A DNA stretch of 64,000 bases from Felis catus (lineage: Eukaryota): positions 91,266,001 to 91,330,000 of the forward strand of contig NC_058368.1 of the NCBI RefSeq assembly GCF_018350175.1, written 5' to 3'. The position numbers and the translations under genes were made by a program. The notes below the pieces were generated by a model. The model did not search any database. It saw nothing but the letters and a program-made list of their open reading frames with translations, and was not told where the DNA came from. The stretch's first letter is position 1; the number at the start of each line of letters is the position of its first letter. Of this stretch, positions 38,172-51,454 are shown piece after piece.

Positions 38172-39009
38172 TGTGGGGGGATAAGCTTAGGAATCCCCAG
38201 GGTTTACACCAATGGGTTAACAAGGCATAAAGAACTATAAAGTCATAAAATGCTCACACCCGAGTTTGGGTAAACCAGATTGGCACCCCAAGAATAGGGA
38301 ATTGCAAAGACACCCCGAGAATAGGGAGGCACAAAGGTTCCAGGAATAGGGAGATTCAAAGGCACCCCAAAATAGAGAGGGGGTGCAGAGCCCCCAGAAT
38401 AGAGAGGGAGAGGCAAAGGCCTAAAATAAGAATGGTGCAAAGGTGTCCAATACATAGGTATATGAAATAAACAAGATTAGATATTCAGGGTGAAAGCACC
38501 CCAAATTTAGTACTATAGCGAAAAGCTGCTTTCACAGGAGGATAGGACCAGGTCAGGTAAATTGGTGAATTGGACTATGGACCACTGCGCTGCAGGCAAA
38601 ACAGCCCAGAGCGGAGATGGTTAACAAAAGAAAAGGTGCCTTATTAACCCTGTGGTTATTCCCCCTAGACTAGCAAAGATACACAGGCACGGTGCCTCCT
38701 GTCTGCTGTTAACAACCATCTCCCCATCTGTCCGGTGCCCGGATTTTGTTTTATATTGACCCAAACACCAAACACTGTATACCTTCAAAACCCCCTTTTC
38801 CCTCACGTCCCCAAGTTAATGTCCATAGTTTCTTTGTCTTTTTGTACATGCCCATCACGTTTGTAAGCCTTCTGATCTGAATAAGTATGGGGCAAGGACC
38901 CTTATTCAGGGCTCTTGTCTTTTTCCCGGAAATTAGCCATCTCTCACTTTAATCCTGCATCTGCTCTTTTGCTGGCCAAAAGAGAACTTTAGACTTAGAG
39001 TCAATGACC
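38172..39009 (+). mobile_element. Solo ERV LTR (~838 bp) with 6-bp TSD
   Basis: Starts TGTGGGGG; flanked by CCTGAA (38166-38171 and 39010-39015); U3-like tandem repeats at ~38280-38450. Confidence 0.75.
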
Positions 39010-39833
39010 CCTGAATAAAATGCTACTGTATACAACTCCCTCAAATTCTTTCTGGGTGTCTCCTACATTTTCCCAGGATTATTCTACTTTTAGGCTTTGA
39101 AGGATGTGCCTGGAGGTTTGTCCTCAATGTTGTGACCACATGGCATCAAAACATCCTTGCTATCGCTCACAACTGTTGGCTTGAATAAGCTAAGTGTGCT
39201 GGTGAGGTCGCTGTGCACAGGATTTTGCAAAGAGACCTCTTTTCCGTCTTGTGCTAGCCAATATGCAATCAGCTGGATTGTGGCACTTGGTATTATTTTT
39301 GAAGAGGAAGGCAAGTTCCTAGGGTGAAATTATGGGGTATATCTGAGTGACATTCCTAGCATGAAGAAATTAGTATAGGCAGGAGGAGTCAGATAAAGCA
39401 CTGTGGCTGTGATAGCCATGGAAGAATTCAGGGTTTGGATGGTAAAGAGGATGGGACATGGTCTTCCTGATTAAGAACTAAAACCTGGGGTGGTAAGCAG
39501 AAGGAGGAAAGGGAGGAGACTCACAGGTTAAGTGGCTTGACTGGCTGGGGCAACAGATGTTACAGGTATAATTTTAGGGGGATTGGTTATAGGATGTTTG
39601 TAGTATAGCAACAGTGAAGTGTCCTAGCACTTTCAGAGTTAAATTAGTAAAACCATTGTAAAATTCTGACATCTGAAGGCATTTTCTCATAAGTCATATC
39701 ACAGGATAAAAGTGTAGAAAGGCAGTAGCAGGTTGTAGCCAGAGTTACTGAAAGTAGGCGCTCCAGGGAAAGGATGCCTAATGGGGGACGTAGAAGTTGG
39801 AGGGCAGGGCTTGCATCAAGGAGAACCCAAACC

Positions 39834-41930
39834 TGGGGTGCCTGGGTGGTGCAGTTGATTAAACATCTGACTCTTGATCTTGGCTCAGGTCTTGATCTCA
39901 CAGTTTGTGAGTTCCAGCCCTGCTTCAGGCTCTGTGCTGATCGCGGGGACTCTTGCTGGGGATTCTGTCTCTCCTCCTCTCTGCCCCTCCCCTGTTTATA
40001 CTTTCTCTCTCAAAATAAATAAGTAAACTTAAAAAATTTAAAAAAAGAATTGTTTGATCTCACTCTGAAGTAGTTGTTTATAACAAAAAAAAGTTGTATT
40101 TATGCAGCCTTTTTCCTTGTGTCTGAACAGCACATGTGAATATTCTGGTTTTAATTGCAGGCTGTTCCCCATAATGAAAATGGAAGTAAAAGCTGGAAGA
40201 GGTATAGCAGGATGGCAGTGGGGCTTTTCCTCTTGTCTGGGAACTGTGGAAAAGGTCCATAAGGGCCTTTTAGGTCAGTAGGCTCTAAATAACCCAAACT
40301 CTGTGCTGGGAAATCTGCCAGCATTAGGGTTAGCTCCTGCTGCCAGTGTTTGCTGGGATAATACTATCAGGAGCACAATTAATACTGCCCCCAAACCCCC
40401 AAGTCCTGTCGTGAGAGAGATGAGAGCAGAAAGAGCAATGATTCTGAAGAAAGTCTGTGCCCTCTCATTACACCCCACAGGGAGAGGGAAATGGGCTTCC
40501 TGGTCCCCAACTCTGAGTGTGGAGACCTCCAAGAAAGTCCCACCAAAGACTGGAGATGCTTGCACCATGGGGAGACCATCCGTTGGTTTCCTGACTGGGC
40601 ATATGGGCTTGCTGATCAGCCCTCACTCTCCCAGAGCAGGGAAGAGAAAATGGGCAGAGATGGGAGAATGGAGAGAAGGAAGAAGGCTGGCAGAGAAGCT
40701 AGCTGTGTGCCATTGCAAGGACGTGTGAGTTCCCCGAACACTGGTGGCCCCTGTGGAAGACATGTGACAGCTACTTCATAGGACAAAATCTGTGCCTTCC
40801 AGGAAAGGGGAGCTCTTCAGTAACATAAACACCGTTTGGGTGGGACTGGGGAAGGGGCAGGAGGTTACAGGGGTTGAGTGAGAGCTGAGACCCTCTCTGA
40901 GACCCTCTCTGACCCTCTCTGAGCCCGCTCTGAGACTCTCTGGTAATCCCTGGAAAATCCCCTATGAGCAGCCCACAGAGATAAAAGCCCATAAGTGAGG
41001 GGCGCCTGGGTGGCTCAGTAGGTTAAGCATCCAACTTCAGCTCAGGTCATGATCTCATGGTTCCTGAGTTCCTGAGTTTGAGCCCCGAGTTGGGCTCACT
41101 GCTGTCAGGGCAGAGCCTTCCTCGGATCCTCTATCCCCCTGTCTCTCTGCCCCTCCCTTGTTTGTGCTCTCTCTCTCTCTCTCTCTCTCTCAAAAATAAA
41201 CAAACAACAACAAAGCCCATAAGTAAGACAGACAAGCCAGAAGAGCAGCAAATAGGAACAGAGGAGAGACAGCTCCCTTACTTGGTCAAGGAGAGTACCC
41301 CTACTAGATTTCCCCCCTCTCTTTCTTTCTCCAAATCAGGAAGAGTACATCTACCAGCATCCCCCTCCCCTTCCGTACTCCAAGCCAAGGCACATTGTGA
41401 GAGAGTAGAACACAAGAGATCGAAGATTTAGACTGTTCTTGACCACCTAAAAGCACCATTTTTAAAGTATGCAATGGCTTAAAATGAATGAATCTGGCCA
41501 GGATGTTTTTAGGAGACCTGCCAATAGAAGATCAGTTACTAGAAAAAATAATCTCTTGTTTCATGGTTTAAACCCCAGCAGGTGGAGATTCCACAGTGAG
41601 TAGGTGATATGGCAATTCCTCTTACTCTGAACGGATATTCACCACCCACCCCGTGAATATTCATTCAATCTCCCATGCAGCTTCCTGTTAACAAAAGAGT
41701 GCTAACTAATCTTTTTTAAAAGATTTTATTTATTTATTTTTGAGAGAGAAGGAGAGAGAGTGTGTGCAAGCAGGGGAGGGGCAGAGAGAGAGGGAGACAC
41801 AGAACCCAAAGCAGGCTCCTGGCTCTGAACTGTCAGCACAGAACCCGACTCGGGGCTCAAACTCAAGAACTGTGAGATCATGACCTGAGCCAAAGATGGA
41901 TGCTTAACCAACTAAGCCACCCAGGCACCC
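39834..41930. mobile_element. CAN-SINEs at ~39834-40045 (+), ~40999-41215 (+) and ~41720-41930 (-)
   Basis: SINEC bodies; TSD aaagcccataagt around the 40999 copy. Confidence 0.88.
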
Positions 41931-42276
41931 CTATATAACTTACCTATGTGGATGCCTGGTTTCCTGCACTAATCTCTTCTGAGTCTCAGTAGCACGTGGC
42001 TGTCTCTGAGACATCTGGTCTTCAGCATTGAGGGTTTGTGTTCCTGGACCTCAAAACCGGAGCTGCTGAGTGCCCAGACCCCAGCCCAAGCCAGCTCCCC
42101 TCTGTGGGGCTCTTTGTGGCATCCAAGGAGCTTCTCCTTCTGGGACACCTCAATTACGTGGTCATAGACAATAGTGGATGGACAAACACAAGGAAGCAAC
42201 TGGCAGAAAGGTGCAGAGTAGGGACAGCATGGGAGGGTCTCATATGTTTGCCAGAAGACTCTCTGTTGTGGGGCTC

Positions 42277-42494
42277 TTTTTTTTTATTTTATTAAAAAAA
42301 ATTTTCTTTTCAACGTTTATTTATTTTTGGGACAGAGAGAGACAGAGCATGAACGGGGGAGGGGCAGAGAGAGAGGGAGACACAGAATCGGAAACAGGCT
42401 CCAGGCTCTGAGCCATCAGCCCAGAGCCTGACGCAGGGCTCGAACTCACAGACCGCGAGATCGTGACCTGGCTGAAGTCAGATGCTTAACCGAC
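42277..42494 (-). mobile_element. Young felid-type CAN-SINE lacking its 5' ~20 nt
   Basis: Nearly identical to 30190-30407 but ends at ttaaccgac and joins directly to the duplicated OR cassette. Confidence 0.88.
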
Positions 42495-42521
42495 GCAGTC
42501 ACTGACCCTAGCGCCACTAAC

Positions 42522-42608
42522 CTGAGCTGTCTCCTTCGTCTCCCACTGCTGCTTTTCTACGTCCTCCTCGGAAACGTGCCTGCTCTGTCCTGCAGTGGGC
42601 AGCACATC
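42522..42608 (-). other. Predicted upstream exon B of second OR (87 nt)
   Basis: Acceptor tctttctcttttcag| and donor CAG|gttagt; 4 substitutions relative to 27584-27670. Confidence 0.6.
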
Positions 42609-42787
42609 CTGAAAAGAGAAAGACTTGTACATGTCAAACCAGGACACATGCCCCCTTTGAACTTGGTCAGGTGCAAAGGGATTTTACGTGTCTGTTATTC
42701 CAAAGGTAAATCTATATGTTTATGTTCACGTGAATCTGTCTGTTGTTGGAGGTCCCGTGCCCACACCTGCTTTCCAGCCCTTCTTAC

Positions 42788-42950
42788 CTGGCCGTTCTCT
42801 GTTGCTGTGAAATGTGTTCATGGAACCCCCATCTCCACTGGCTCCTTGCTTGACCCTGGATGATTGATTCAACAGTGTCAGCCAGGGCTGAAGACTGAGG
42901 AGCCTGTTCTCACTGGAGGAGAATATTTAGAGTTAGATAGATAATGTGGT
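42788..42950 (-). other. Predicted first exon A of second OR (5' end approximate)
   Basis: Donor CAG|gtaag at 42788; paralogous to 27835 onward. Confidence 0.55.
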
Positions 42951-42984
42951 TCTCTCAGGTCTGGCTTGGATGATTGGGACAAAT

Positions 42985-43080
42985 AAATAGATCTTCCTTC
43001 TCTGGAGGTTGAGACTCCCTTAGGGACCAGGGCAGCCATAGTTGCCAAGGTTGGGCATCCCCAGGGTGGATTCCCCCTGG
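42985..43080. promoter_or_regulatory. Putative OR promoter with O/E (EBF)-like sites (second copy)
   Basis: TCCCTTAGGGA (43016-43026) and TCCCCAGGGT (43058-43067). Confidence 0.5.
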
Positions 43081-43429
43081 CTCCACTAGAGGCGCACTTA
43101 CCAACCACTCTGTTCCTATTCTCTCTGGACACAGCTATCTCTGCTTGAGGGGAACTCCGTTTACTGCTCAGACTTGATGCTTCCCACTGCCTCAAGAATG
43201 TCTCCTCTCCTGCCTGTGTCACCTTGTATCTTGTTCTGTGCCCAAAATAGACCTGAAGAAAAATTGTAGAACCAGTGAAATTGGCCCACATACATTGGTA
43301 GCATCTCTGTTCTGTACACTTTGCCCCTGAACTGACTCTTTTGTATAATCTGTAAGGTTTCAGGACCCTGGATTCTTTCTTCTTTCAAATACAAAGTTTG
43401 ATCTGTTGGTTTGTACTAAGAAATTAATT

Positions 43430-46400
43430 ATGGGTTTTGTTTTGAGAGAGAGAGAGAGAGATTGAATGTGCACAGGGGAGAGGCCGAGGGAGAAGGAGAC
43501 ATAGAACTGTAAGCAGGCTCCATGCCCAGCATGGAGCCTCATGCAGGGTTCCATCTCACAATCATGAGATCATGACCTGAGCCAAAATCGAGTCAGATGC
43601 TTAACTGACTGAGCCACCCAGATGCCCCCCTAAGAAAGTGAATATTAAGAGCAGAACCTCAAATCTGTATTTTAACATATAATAGTGACTATATCCCTGG
43701 CACAGGAAATCAGAGGCACCACCTAGAGATATTTGCCTGAAGACAGAGGGTAGGGTATAGTGGGTATGGGCTGTGTATGGAGTCATTTAAATAGTTATCT
43801 ACTGGCTATTGGAATTTGGGTGTGTATTTCTAAGTTTCCATTTGTATGTCCTACAAAAAGCAAAATTTTTAATTTTTTTAACGTTTATTTATTTTTGAGA
43901 CAGAGAGAGACAGAGCATGAACGGGGGAGGGTCAGAGAGAGGGAGACACAGAATCTGAAATAGGCTCCAGGCTCTGAGTTGTCAGCACAGAGCCTGACGC
44001 GGGGCTCGAACTCACGGACCGTGAGATCATGACCTGAGCCGAAGTCGGCCGCTTAACCGACTGAGCCACCCAGGCGCCCCCAAAAAGCAAAATTTTTAAA
44101 AGGTGAGTTTTCAAAATTCACCTTTAAAAAAATTTTTTTTAAATGTTTATTTGTTTTTGAGAGAGACGGAGTGTGAGCTGGGAAGGGGCAGAGAGAGGGA
44201 GACACAGAATCCAAAGCAGGCTCCAGGCTCCGAGCTGTCAGCACAGAGCCCGACATGGGGCTTGAACTCACGAACCATGAGATCATGACCTGAGCGGAAG
44301 TCAGACGCTTAACCGACTGAGCCACCCAGATGCCCCCACAAAACTCACCTTTAAAAAAAAGAAAAAAGAGGGGCACCTGGCAAACTCAGTACATAGAGTG
44401 TATAACTCTTCATCTTGGGGTTGTGAGTTCAAGCCCCATGTTAAGTGGAGAGATTACTTTAAAAAATAAAAACCTTTAAAACTATATAAATAATTTTAAA
44501 AAGTACACAAATATGAAATTGGCCAGAGATGTTTACGTAAAAAATTAGAGAAAAAGAGTGACACGATTAATTACAGATAAAGCAGTAATAAAGTTAACCA
44601 GAAGCATAAATCATAAAAGAGTAATATTTTATAATAGAGGAAAAACTCATAGAAACTCAAATGAAACATCAAATGAAGCAATGTAACAATAGTTTCCATA
44701 AAGCAAAAGCTCATAATGGCAGAGATTTTGTTTAAACAGTGAAGAAATTTTGATTTAAAATACATCCATTTCCACTCTGGAAATAGAGATTACACATTCT
44801 TTTTCAAGCCTAAGGAACAATCACAAATAGTGACCATTTTTTAGGCTACCACAAAAGCTATTAACAGAGTCCCCAAACAGTGATTTTATAGGCTACATTC
44901 TCTTACAGTCTCCATTACATAATCAAAAATTGGAAACCAAAAATCCAAATGTAAAAAGAAGTGTCCAGTTGATAAAGTTTAAAGCATTATTTATAATTTT
45001 CATATCAAAAAGAATATTAAAACCAAATAATTTATAAATTAAAGAAAACATTAATATAAAAACCTATGGGAAAATGGCCTTCAATGCTCTTGTTAATAAT
45101 GAATATAAAAAATAAATAAATCAAGTATTTGGTGAAGCATTTTTTAAAAGTTTATTTAATTTACTTTTTTAGTAATCTCTGCACCCAACATGGGGCGCAA
45201 ACTCATGACTCTGAGATCAAGAGTAGTGTGCTCTACCACTGAGCCAGCCAGGCACCCCTCAAGCATTTTATTTTTTAAATTACTTTAGTCAATAAATATA
45301 TTAGTACAGCTTTGAAAGTTAAACAAGTCTTTAGATGGAAAACCCAGTTCCCTAATGTTCATCTCTCCACCCCTGGGTCCCACTGCCCAGTGTAAGCACT
45401 TTTATATTTTTCTGAATAGCATACCTATAATGCTACTTTTTATTGAAGTATAGGTGACACACAATGCTACATTAGTTTCAGGTATATAATGCTTCTTTAA
45501 AATTGTTTTATTTGGGGCGGGGGGCGGGGAGAGAATCCCAAGTGGGCTCCGCACTGCGCATGGGCTCCATCTTATGGCCCTGGGATCATGACCTGAGCCA
45601 AAGTCAAGAGTCAGACATTCAACTGACTGAGTCACCCAGGCACCCCTATAATGCTATCTTTGATTTTTGATTTGCAATCTTATCTATACCCTCTTCCCAT
45701 TTGAAAGGGTGACTGTCCCATTTCCTCTTCCTCAAATCCTTTTAATACAGGCACATCACATTTTGGGGGCATGTCAATATTTATTTTTGACATTCTGACT
45801 CTGTTATTCACTGTTGGTGTACTAATCTTAATTATTTTCCTGTACAACTTTTGAATGTCCCTGAAATTAATCATTGCCTAGTTTTTCATTTGTTTGATTT
45901 TTATGCCTTTATTCTTTCCCTATTCCAAAATTAGTTCTTTCTTATTTTGAGTTATATTTGATAGGCAATAAATTACTCATTTAAGGGTACACTTGGATGA
46001 CTTTTGATACTTGTGTGCATGACCACAATCAAGGTACAAAATTGTTCCATCATCCTAAAGGTTTTCTTGTTTCCCTTTACAGCTAGTACCCTTTCAGGAC
46101 CACATAGGTTCTTTGAATTATTATATAAATTATGATATCAGTTTGGCAATTTCTATGAGAAATCCTGGTGAAGTTTTGATTGAGATTGCATGGAGTTTCA
46201 TCAATTAAGAATTGACAGCTTAACAATATTTAGTCTCCTGGCCTAAGAGTACAGAATATTTCTACATTTTAAAAGGTTTTCTAAAAAAAATAATTTAAAT
46301 AAGAGGTTTTCTTTAATTTCTCTCATGAATGTTATTTTTAGTTTTTAGTGTACAGATTGCTCATATTTTTGACAACTTTAAACACTAAATATTTCACTTT

Positions 46401-46641
46401 TTAAAATGTTTTATTTATTTTTGAGAGAGAGAGAGAAAGACAGACAGAGAGAGGCAGAGACAGAGAGAGACAGAGAACGAGTAGAGGAGGGGCAGAGAGA
46501 GAGGGAGACACAGAATCTGAAGAAAGTTTCAGGCTCTGAGCTGTCAGCACAGAGCCCGATGTGACGCTCGAACCCACAAACCACAAATTCATGACCTGAG
46601 TCGAAGTCGATGTTCAACCAACTGAGCCACCCAGGCAGCCC
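43430..46641. mobile_element. Cluster of CAN-SINEs (~43430-43630, 43865-44080, 44125-44337, 44370-44470, 45150-45258, 45505-45647, 46400-46641) in old L1 debris
   Basis: SINEC heads and tails; TSDs include caaaaagcaaaattttta and ctaaatatttca. Confidence 0.85.
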
Positions 46642-46861
46642 TAAATATTTCATATTTTTATGTTACTGTAAGTGGTACTAATTTTTAATTTGAATTTTTT
46701 ATTATTTGTTTTTATATGATTTAAAAAATATTGATCTTGAATCCTGAAACTTTGTGAAATTAACTCTAGTAGATGGTTTATAATTCCACCAGAAATTCTA
46801 CACGAATGATTATTGTTTCCACTCACACAGGCAATTTTACTTCTGTCTTTCTAATCCAGTT

Positions 46862-47975
46862 GTGTTTTAATGAAGGTATTTTCTGCTCACAACACTTCTG
46901 ATAACAAGTGTATGGGTATTGTCTTGTTTTTTATTTTTTTCGCCCCACACTGACGACCAGTTCTCTAACCTAACCCTCAGGATACCAACGCAGTGTCCTA
47001 TAATTAAATTCAGTGCTGACACTATCCTGACCTAGCACAGACCCCAGAGGTTAAGGGCTCCATCCTACAAGGTTGACCTCAGATGCCAGTTACAATTAGT
47101 TGGTCCCCAGGTTACCCGCACTCTGTCTAATTTGGCTACAAATTGAGGTTTCCATGACCTCCTCCTCAGGGTAGATAATTTTCTCTAATGGCTTATAGAA
47201 ATCAAGGAAACACTTTACTTACTGTTACTGGTTTATTATAAAGGACATTATAAAAGATACAAATAAATAGCCAAATGGAGAAGCACCATAGGGAAAGGTC
47301 AAGGGTGGCCCTCATGCAGGAGCTTCTGCCCCCATGGAGTTTGGGGTGTGCCACCCTCCTGACACGCAGGTGCTCTCTGAAGCTCTCTGAATCCTGTTGT
47401 TTAGGAATTTTTATGGTGACTTCATTATGTAGGCATGAATGGTTAAATCATCGGCCATTGGTGATTAACTCAATCTCTAGTGACTCCTCCCTCCCTGGAG
47501 TTGGGGATCTGGGGCTAAAAGTTCCAACTGTCCGGCACCTGGGTGGCTCAGTCAGTAAAGCATCCAACTCTTGGTTTCGGCTCAGGTCATGATCTCATGG
47601 TTTGTGGGTTCAAGCCTCGCATGGGACTCTGTGCTGACGGTGTGGAGCCTGCTTGGGATTCTCTCTTGCCCTCTCTCTCTGCCCCTCCCCTCCCCTCTCA
47701 CTCAAAATAAATGAATAAACATTTTTTTAAAAAGGTTTCAACTGTCTAATGACCTAGTTGGTTCCTCTGGCAACCAGCCCCCATCTGGAGGCTATCTTGG
47801 GGCACACCAAGGGTCACTTCATTAGCATGCACTTAGGTAATATCCAAGGGGATTGTTATGCATAACAAAATATGGTCCTTTCATCCCCATCACTCAGGAA
47901 ATCCCAATGGTTTTCAAAGTTCATGTGCCAGGAACTAGGGAGGAAGATTAAATATATATGTCCAATTACATCACA
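46862..47975. mobile_element. Second MER21-like LTR (with CAN-SINE at ~47534-47730) inserted in L1
   Basis: Shares motifs with 6621-7530 (cacttctga, ggttaagggctc, tttactt, tgtgccaggaac) and ends ...catcaca. Confidence 0.65.
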
Positions 47976-47979
47976 TTTT

Positions 47980-50900
47980 TATTTCTTTTTATTGCCTCAT
48001 TATACTGGCTGGAACATCCAGTACAATATTGAATGGAAGTGGTAAGAAGATGCATCCCTGTCTTATTCCTGATTTTAAGGGGAAAATAGTCACCCTTTCA
48101 CCATTAAGTATGATGTTAGCTGTAGGTTTTTCATATGTGACTTTAATCAAGTTGAGCAAATCTCCTTCTGTTCTTATTTTATTGAATGGTTTTATTATGA
48201 ATGTATGCTGAATTTTGTCTATTGCATTTACTAGGGCTACTGGGATCATTTCCCTTTTTAACTTTGTATTTTTTTAAAGTTTTTTAAAATTTATTTTGAG
48301 ATAGAGAGCGTGCACACACACAGTCACTGGCAAGTGGGGGAGGGGCAGAGGGAGAGAATCCCAAGCAGGCTCTGCACTGTCAGCGCAGAGCCCCATGCAG
48401 GGCTTGAACTCATGAACCAGGAGATCATGACCTGAGCTGAAATTGGACTCTTAATGGACTTAGCCACACAGGTGCCCTGTTTTTTACTTTATTAATACAG
48501 TGAATTATACGGATTGAATTGCTAATGTTAATCCAAGTTTGCATTCTGGGGTAAAGCCCATATAGTCATATGTATTATCCAATTTAGATATGATGGGATT
48601 TGAGTTTCTAAAATTTTGTCTAGGATTATTGAATCTGTATTCATAAAGGACATTGGTCTGTTATTATAATGTTTTATAAAATGAATTGGGAAGCATTCAC
48701 ATCTTTTCAATTTTCTGAAAGAATTTGTGTAGGGTTTTATTATACATTTCTTAAAAGTTTGATAGAATTCAGCAGTTGAAGCCATCTGGGCATTAAGTGT
48801 TTTTGTGTGTGTGGGGGGGGGGAATTTTTAACTACAAATTCCGTTATTAATTAGGTATTGAGCTAGTTCAGTTATCTGTTGTTGAGTGAGCTTTGATAGA
48901 TTGTCTTTCATAAAATTGTCCATTTCATTGGGGCACCTGGGTGGCTTAGTTGGTTGAGCGTCCAATTTTGGCCAGTCATGATCTCAGTTTGTGGGGTCTT
49001 GCCCCACATTAGGCTCTGTGCTGGCATCTCAGAGCCTGGAGCCTGCTTCAGATTCTTTGTCTCCCTCTCTCTCTGCCCCTCCCCTGCTCATGCTTTGCCT
49101 CTCTGTCTCGAAAATAAACATTAAAAAATTTTTAAACTGTCCATTTCATCTAATTTGTCAACTTTAGTGGAATAAAGTTGTTCATAATAATCTCTTATTA
49201 TCCACTTGATATCTGTATAATCTATACTGATTTACCTCTGTCATTCTTTGTATTAGTCATTTCTGTCTTATTTTTTCCTGATTGACTTTGCTAGAGGTTT
49301 ACTGGTGTTTTCATCTTCTTAGTGAACCAGCCTTCTGTTTTATTAATTCTCACTGTTACCTATCTGTTTTCTATTTCATGGATTCACACTGTCAAAGAAA
49401 AAATCAGAACTGGATGTTAATTAAAGTGGCAAAAACAGATTTTATTCAGGATTATTGCAATAGGGGGATAGAATCCTCAGTACAGAGCCAGGCTTAATTC
49501 AGAATACAGCATGGGCAAGTGGGAATTTATAGTCAAAGAGCAAGGTGAAGGGCAGTGGATGGAAAATTGCTAAGAGGAGACACCAGGTGTAATGGGGGAT
49601 TCTAGTTAAGCTGAGCAAACGGGGTGGGGGGTGGGCACCTGGGAGGTTCAGTCAGTTAAGCATCCAACTTCAGCTCAGGTCATAATCTCAGAGTTCATGG
49701 GTTCGAGCCCTGCGTCGGGCTCTGTGCTGACAACTTGGAGCCTGGAGCCTGCTTTGGATTCTGTGTCTCCCTCTCTCTCTGCCCCTCCCCCGCTCATGCT
49801 CTGTCTCTCTCACTCACTCAAAAATGAATGAACATTAAAATAAATAAACAAACAAACAAACCGACTGAACAGGATTCTAGTTCAACCGACCGAACAGGAT
49901 TGTTTGCTCAAGACAGGCCAGAGTGAGTAGACCTCACTTGGAGGATAATGGAAGATGAGGAACCCTACCAGTTATGGGGAGTGGCCAGATATCAAGGGTG
50001 GGAGATTCTGTTTAATCTGACTGTGCCTGGTTCTTGTAAAACTGGATTTTAGAAGGAAGTACACAAATGGGCCTAAGAGAAGGTTCCAGAGCCTGACTAA
50101 AGTTTGGTCCAGGGAAAAATCTTTGTCAACAGTCGGATCTTTATTATGTTCTTTCTTCTGCTTACTTTGCAGAATGTCTGCAACTAGACATTCATGTGTT
50201 CAGTTTGTTAAGATAAAATTTAGGTGATTGATTTGAGACCTTTCTCTCTTTCTCTCTTGTCCAACTTTATTGAGGTATTAGTGATAAACTTGTAAGATAA
50301 GGTGTAATTGGTGGTGACTTTATGTATGTATAGTTTTTCTTTTCTAATATAAGCAGCGTTTCACAGTTTGTAATATGCATCTTTCCCTTATCACATCCTA
50401 CGTGAAATTGATACAAGACTAATTCATGCATAATACAAGAACCTTGTGCCAGTGTACTTCCACTTCTCCTCTCCTGATCTTTGTCATACATTTTGGTTTT
50501 ACATATATTATAAGCCCCATGCTACGTTGTTAATATTGTTGTTTTAACGACTATATTTTAAAGAGATTTAAATCATAAGAGAACATTTTATGTAACCATG
50601 TAGTTATTTCCATGCTATAAAATGTGCAGTCAAATACATCATTACTATTGTTGCTTTAAACAAGTGACTATCTTTAATAGCAATTAAAAATAAGAAAAAA
50701 AAAAAAAGACCCCTTTGCCTTCACTTAACTCCTTTTCCAGCACTGTTTATTTTTTTGTGCAGACCTAGGTTTCTGACTGATATCATGTGTCCCTTCCTTT
50801 TTGAAATAGTTGCTTTAACATTCCTACTGGACACTTATTTCATTCCTTTATCTTTTTCAGTCTTTTATCATCCTGTATTTAAGTTCATTGATTGTGTCTT

Positions 50901-51300
50901 TAGCTGCATCAAGTTGACTGATAAGACAATCAAAGACATCCTTCATTTCTGGTAATGTGTGTTGATTTCTAGCACTTCCATTTGATTCTTCTTTATAGTT
51001 TCCATCTGCCTCCTAAAATTACCCATCTGATCTTGCATTTTGTCTACCTTTTCCATTAAACCTTTAATTTAGTAATCATATTTATCTTAAACTCTCTAAT
51101 ACTTCTAATGTCTATGTTATGTCTGTTTATGATCATTGTTTTGTCTCTTCACATTGTGTTTTTTTCTTGCTTTTTGGATGCTTTGTAACTTTTTATTGAA
51201 AGCTGGACTGTGTTGTATAAAGTAGTAAATACTGAGGTAATAGGCTGTTAGTATGAGGATTTATGTTAATCTAGCCACAAGCTAGGTTGTGTTTGAGATG
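47980..51300 (-). mobile_element. Old L1 ORF2 fragments (minus) with CAN-SINEs (~48280-48477, 48929-49135)
   Basis: Minus-strand peptides DKIQHTFIIK...YEKPTANIILNGE...GIRQGC and AEFYQTFK. Confidence 0.8.
49390..50128 (-). mobile_element. ERV1 solo LTR, MER31-like, reverse, with CAN-SINE at ~49633-49860
   Basis: TG...CA ends; reverse complement of tataaattcccacttg / ctattgcaata..ctgaataaa motifs. Confidence 0.6.
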
Positions 51301-51454
51301 TGTTTTCCCAATGATTACCTGTTCTGAAAGTTGTTGTTGTTAGGGGAACTAGAAACTTTAAATTTCTCTAGTCTCTTTGTTTTTGTCTAACCTCTTGGGA
51401 TCCCCAGAGAGAGTCTGTCCCTTGAACTCTCCCACCTGTAGTCCACAAATATTG

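Noticed and set aside
38280..38450. Repeat array resembling CRISPR
   Set aside because: Degenerate tandem units without unique spacers, inside a mammalian LTR.
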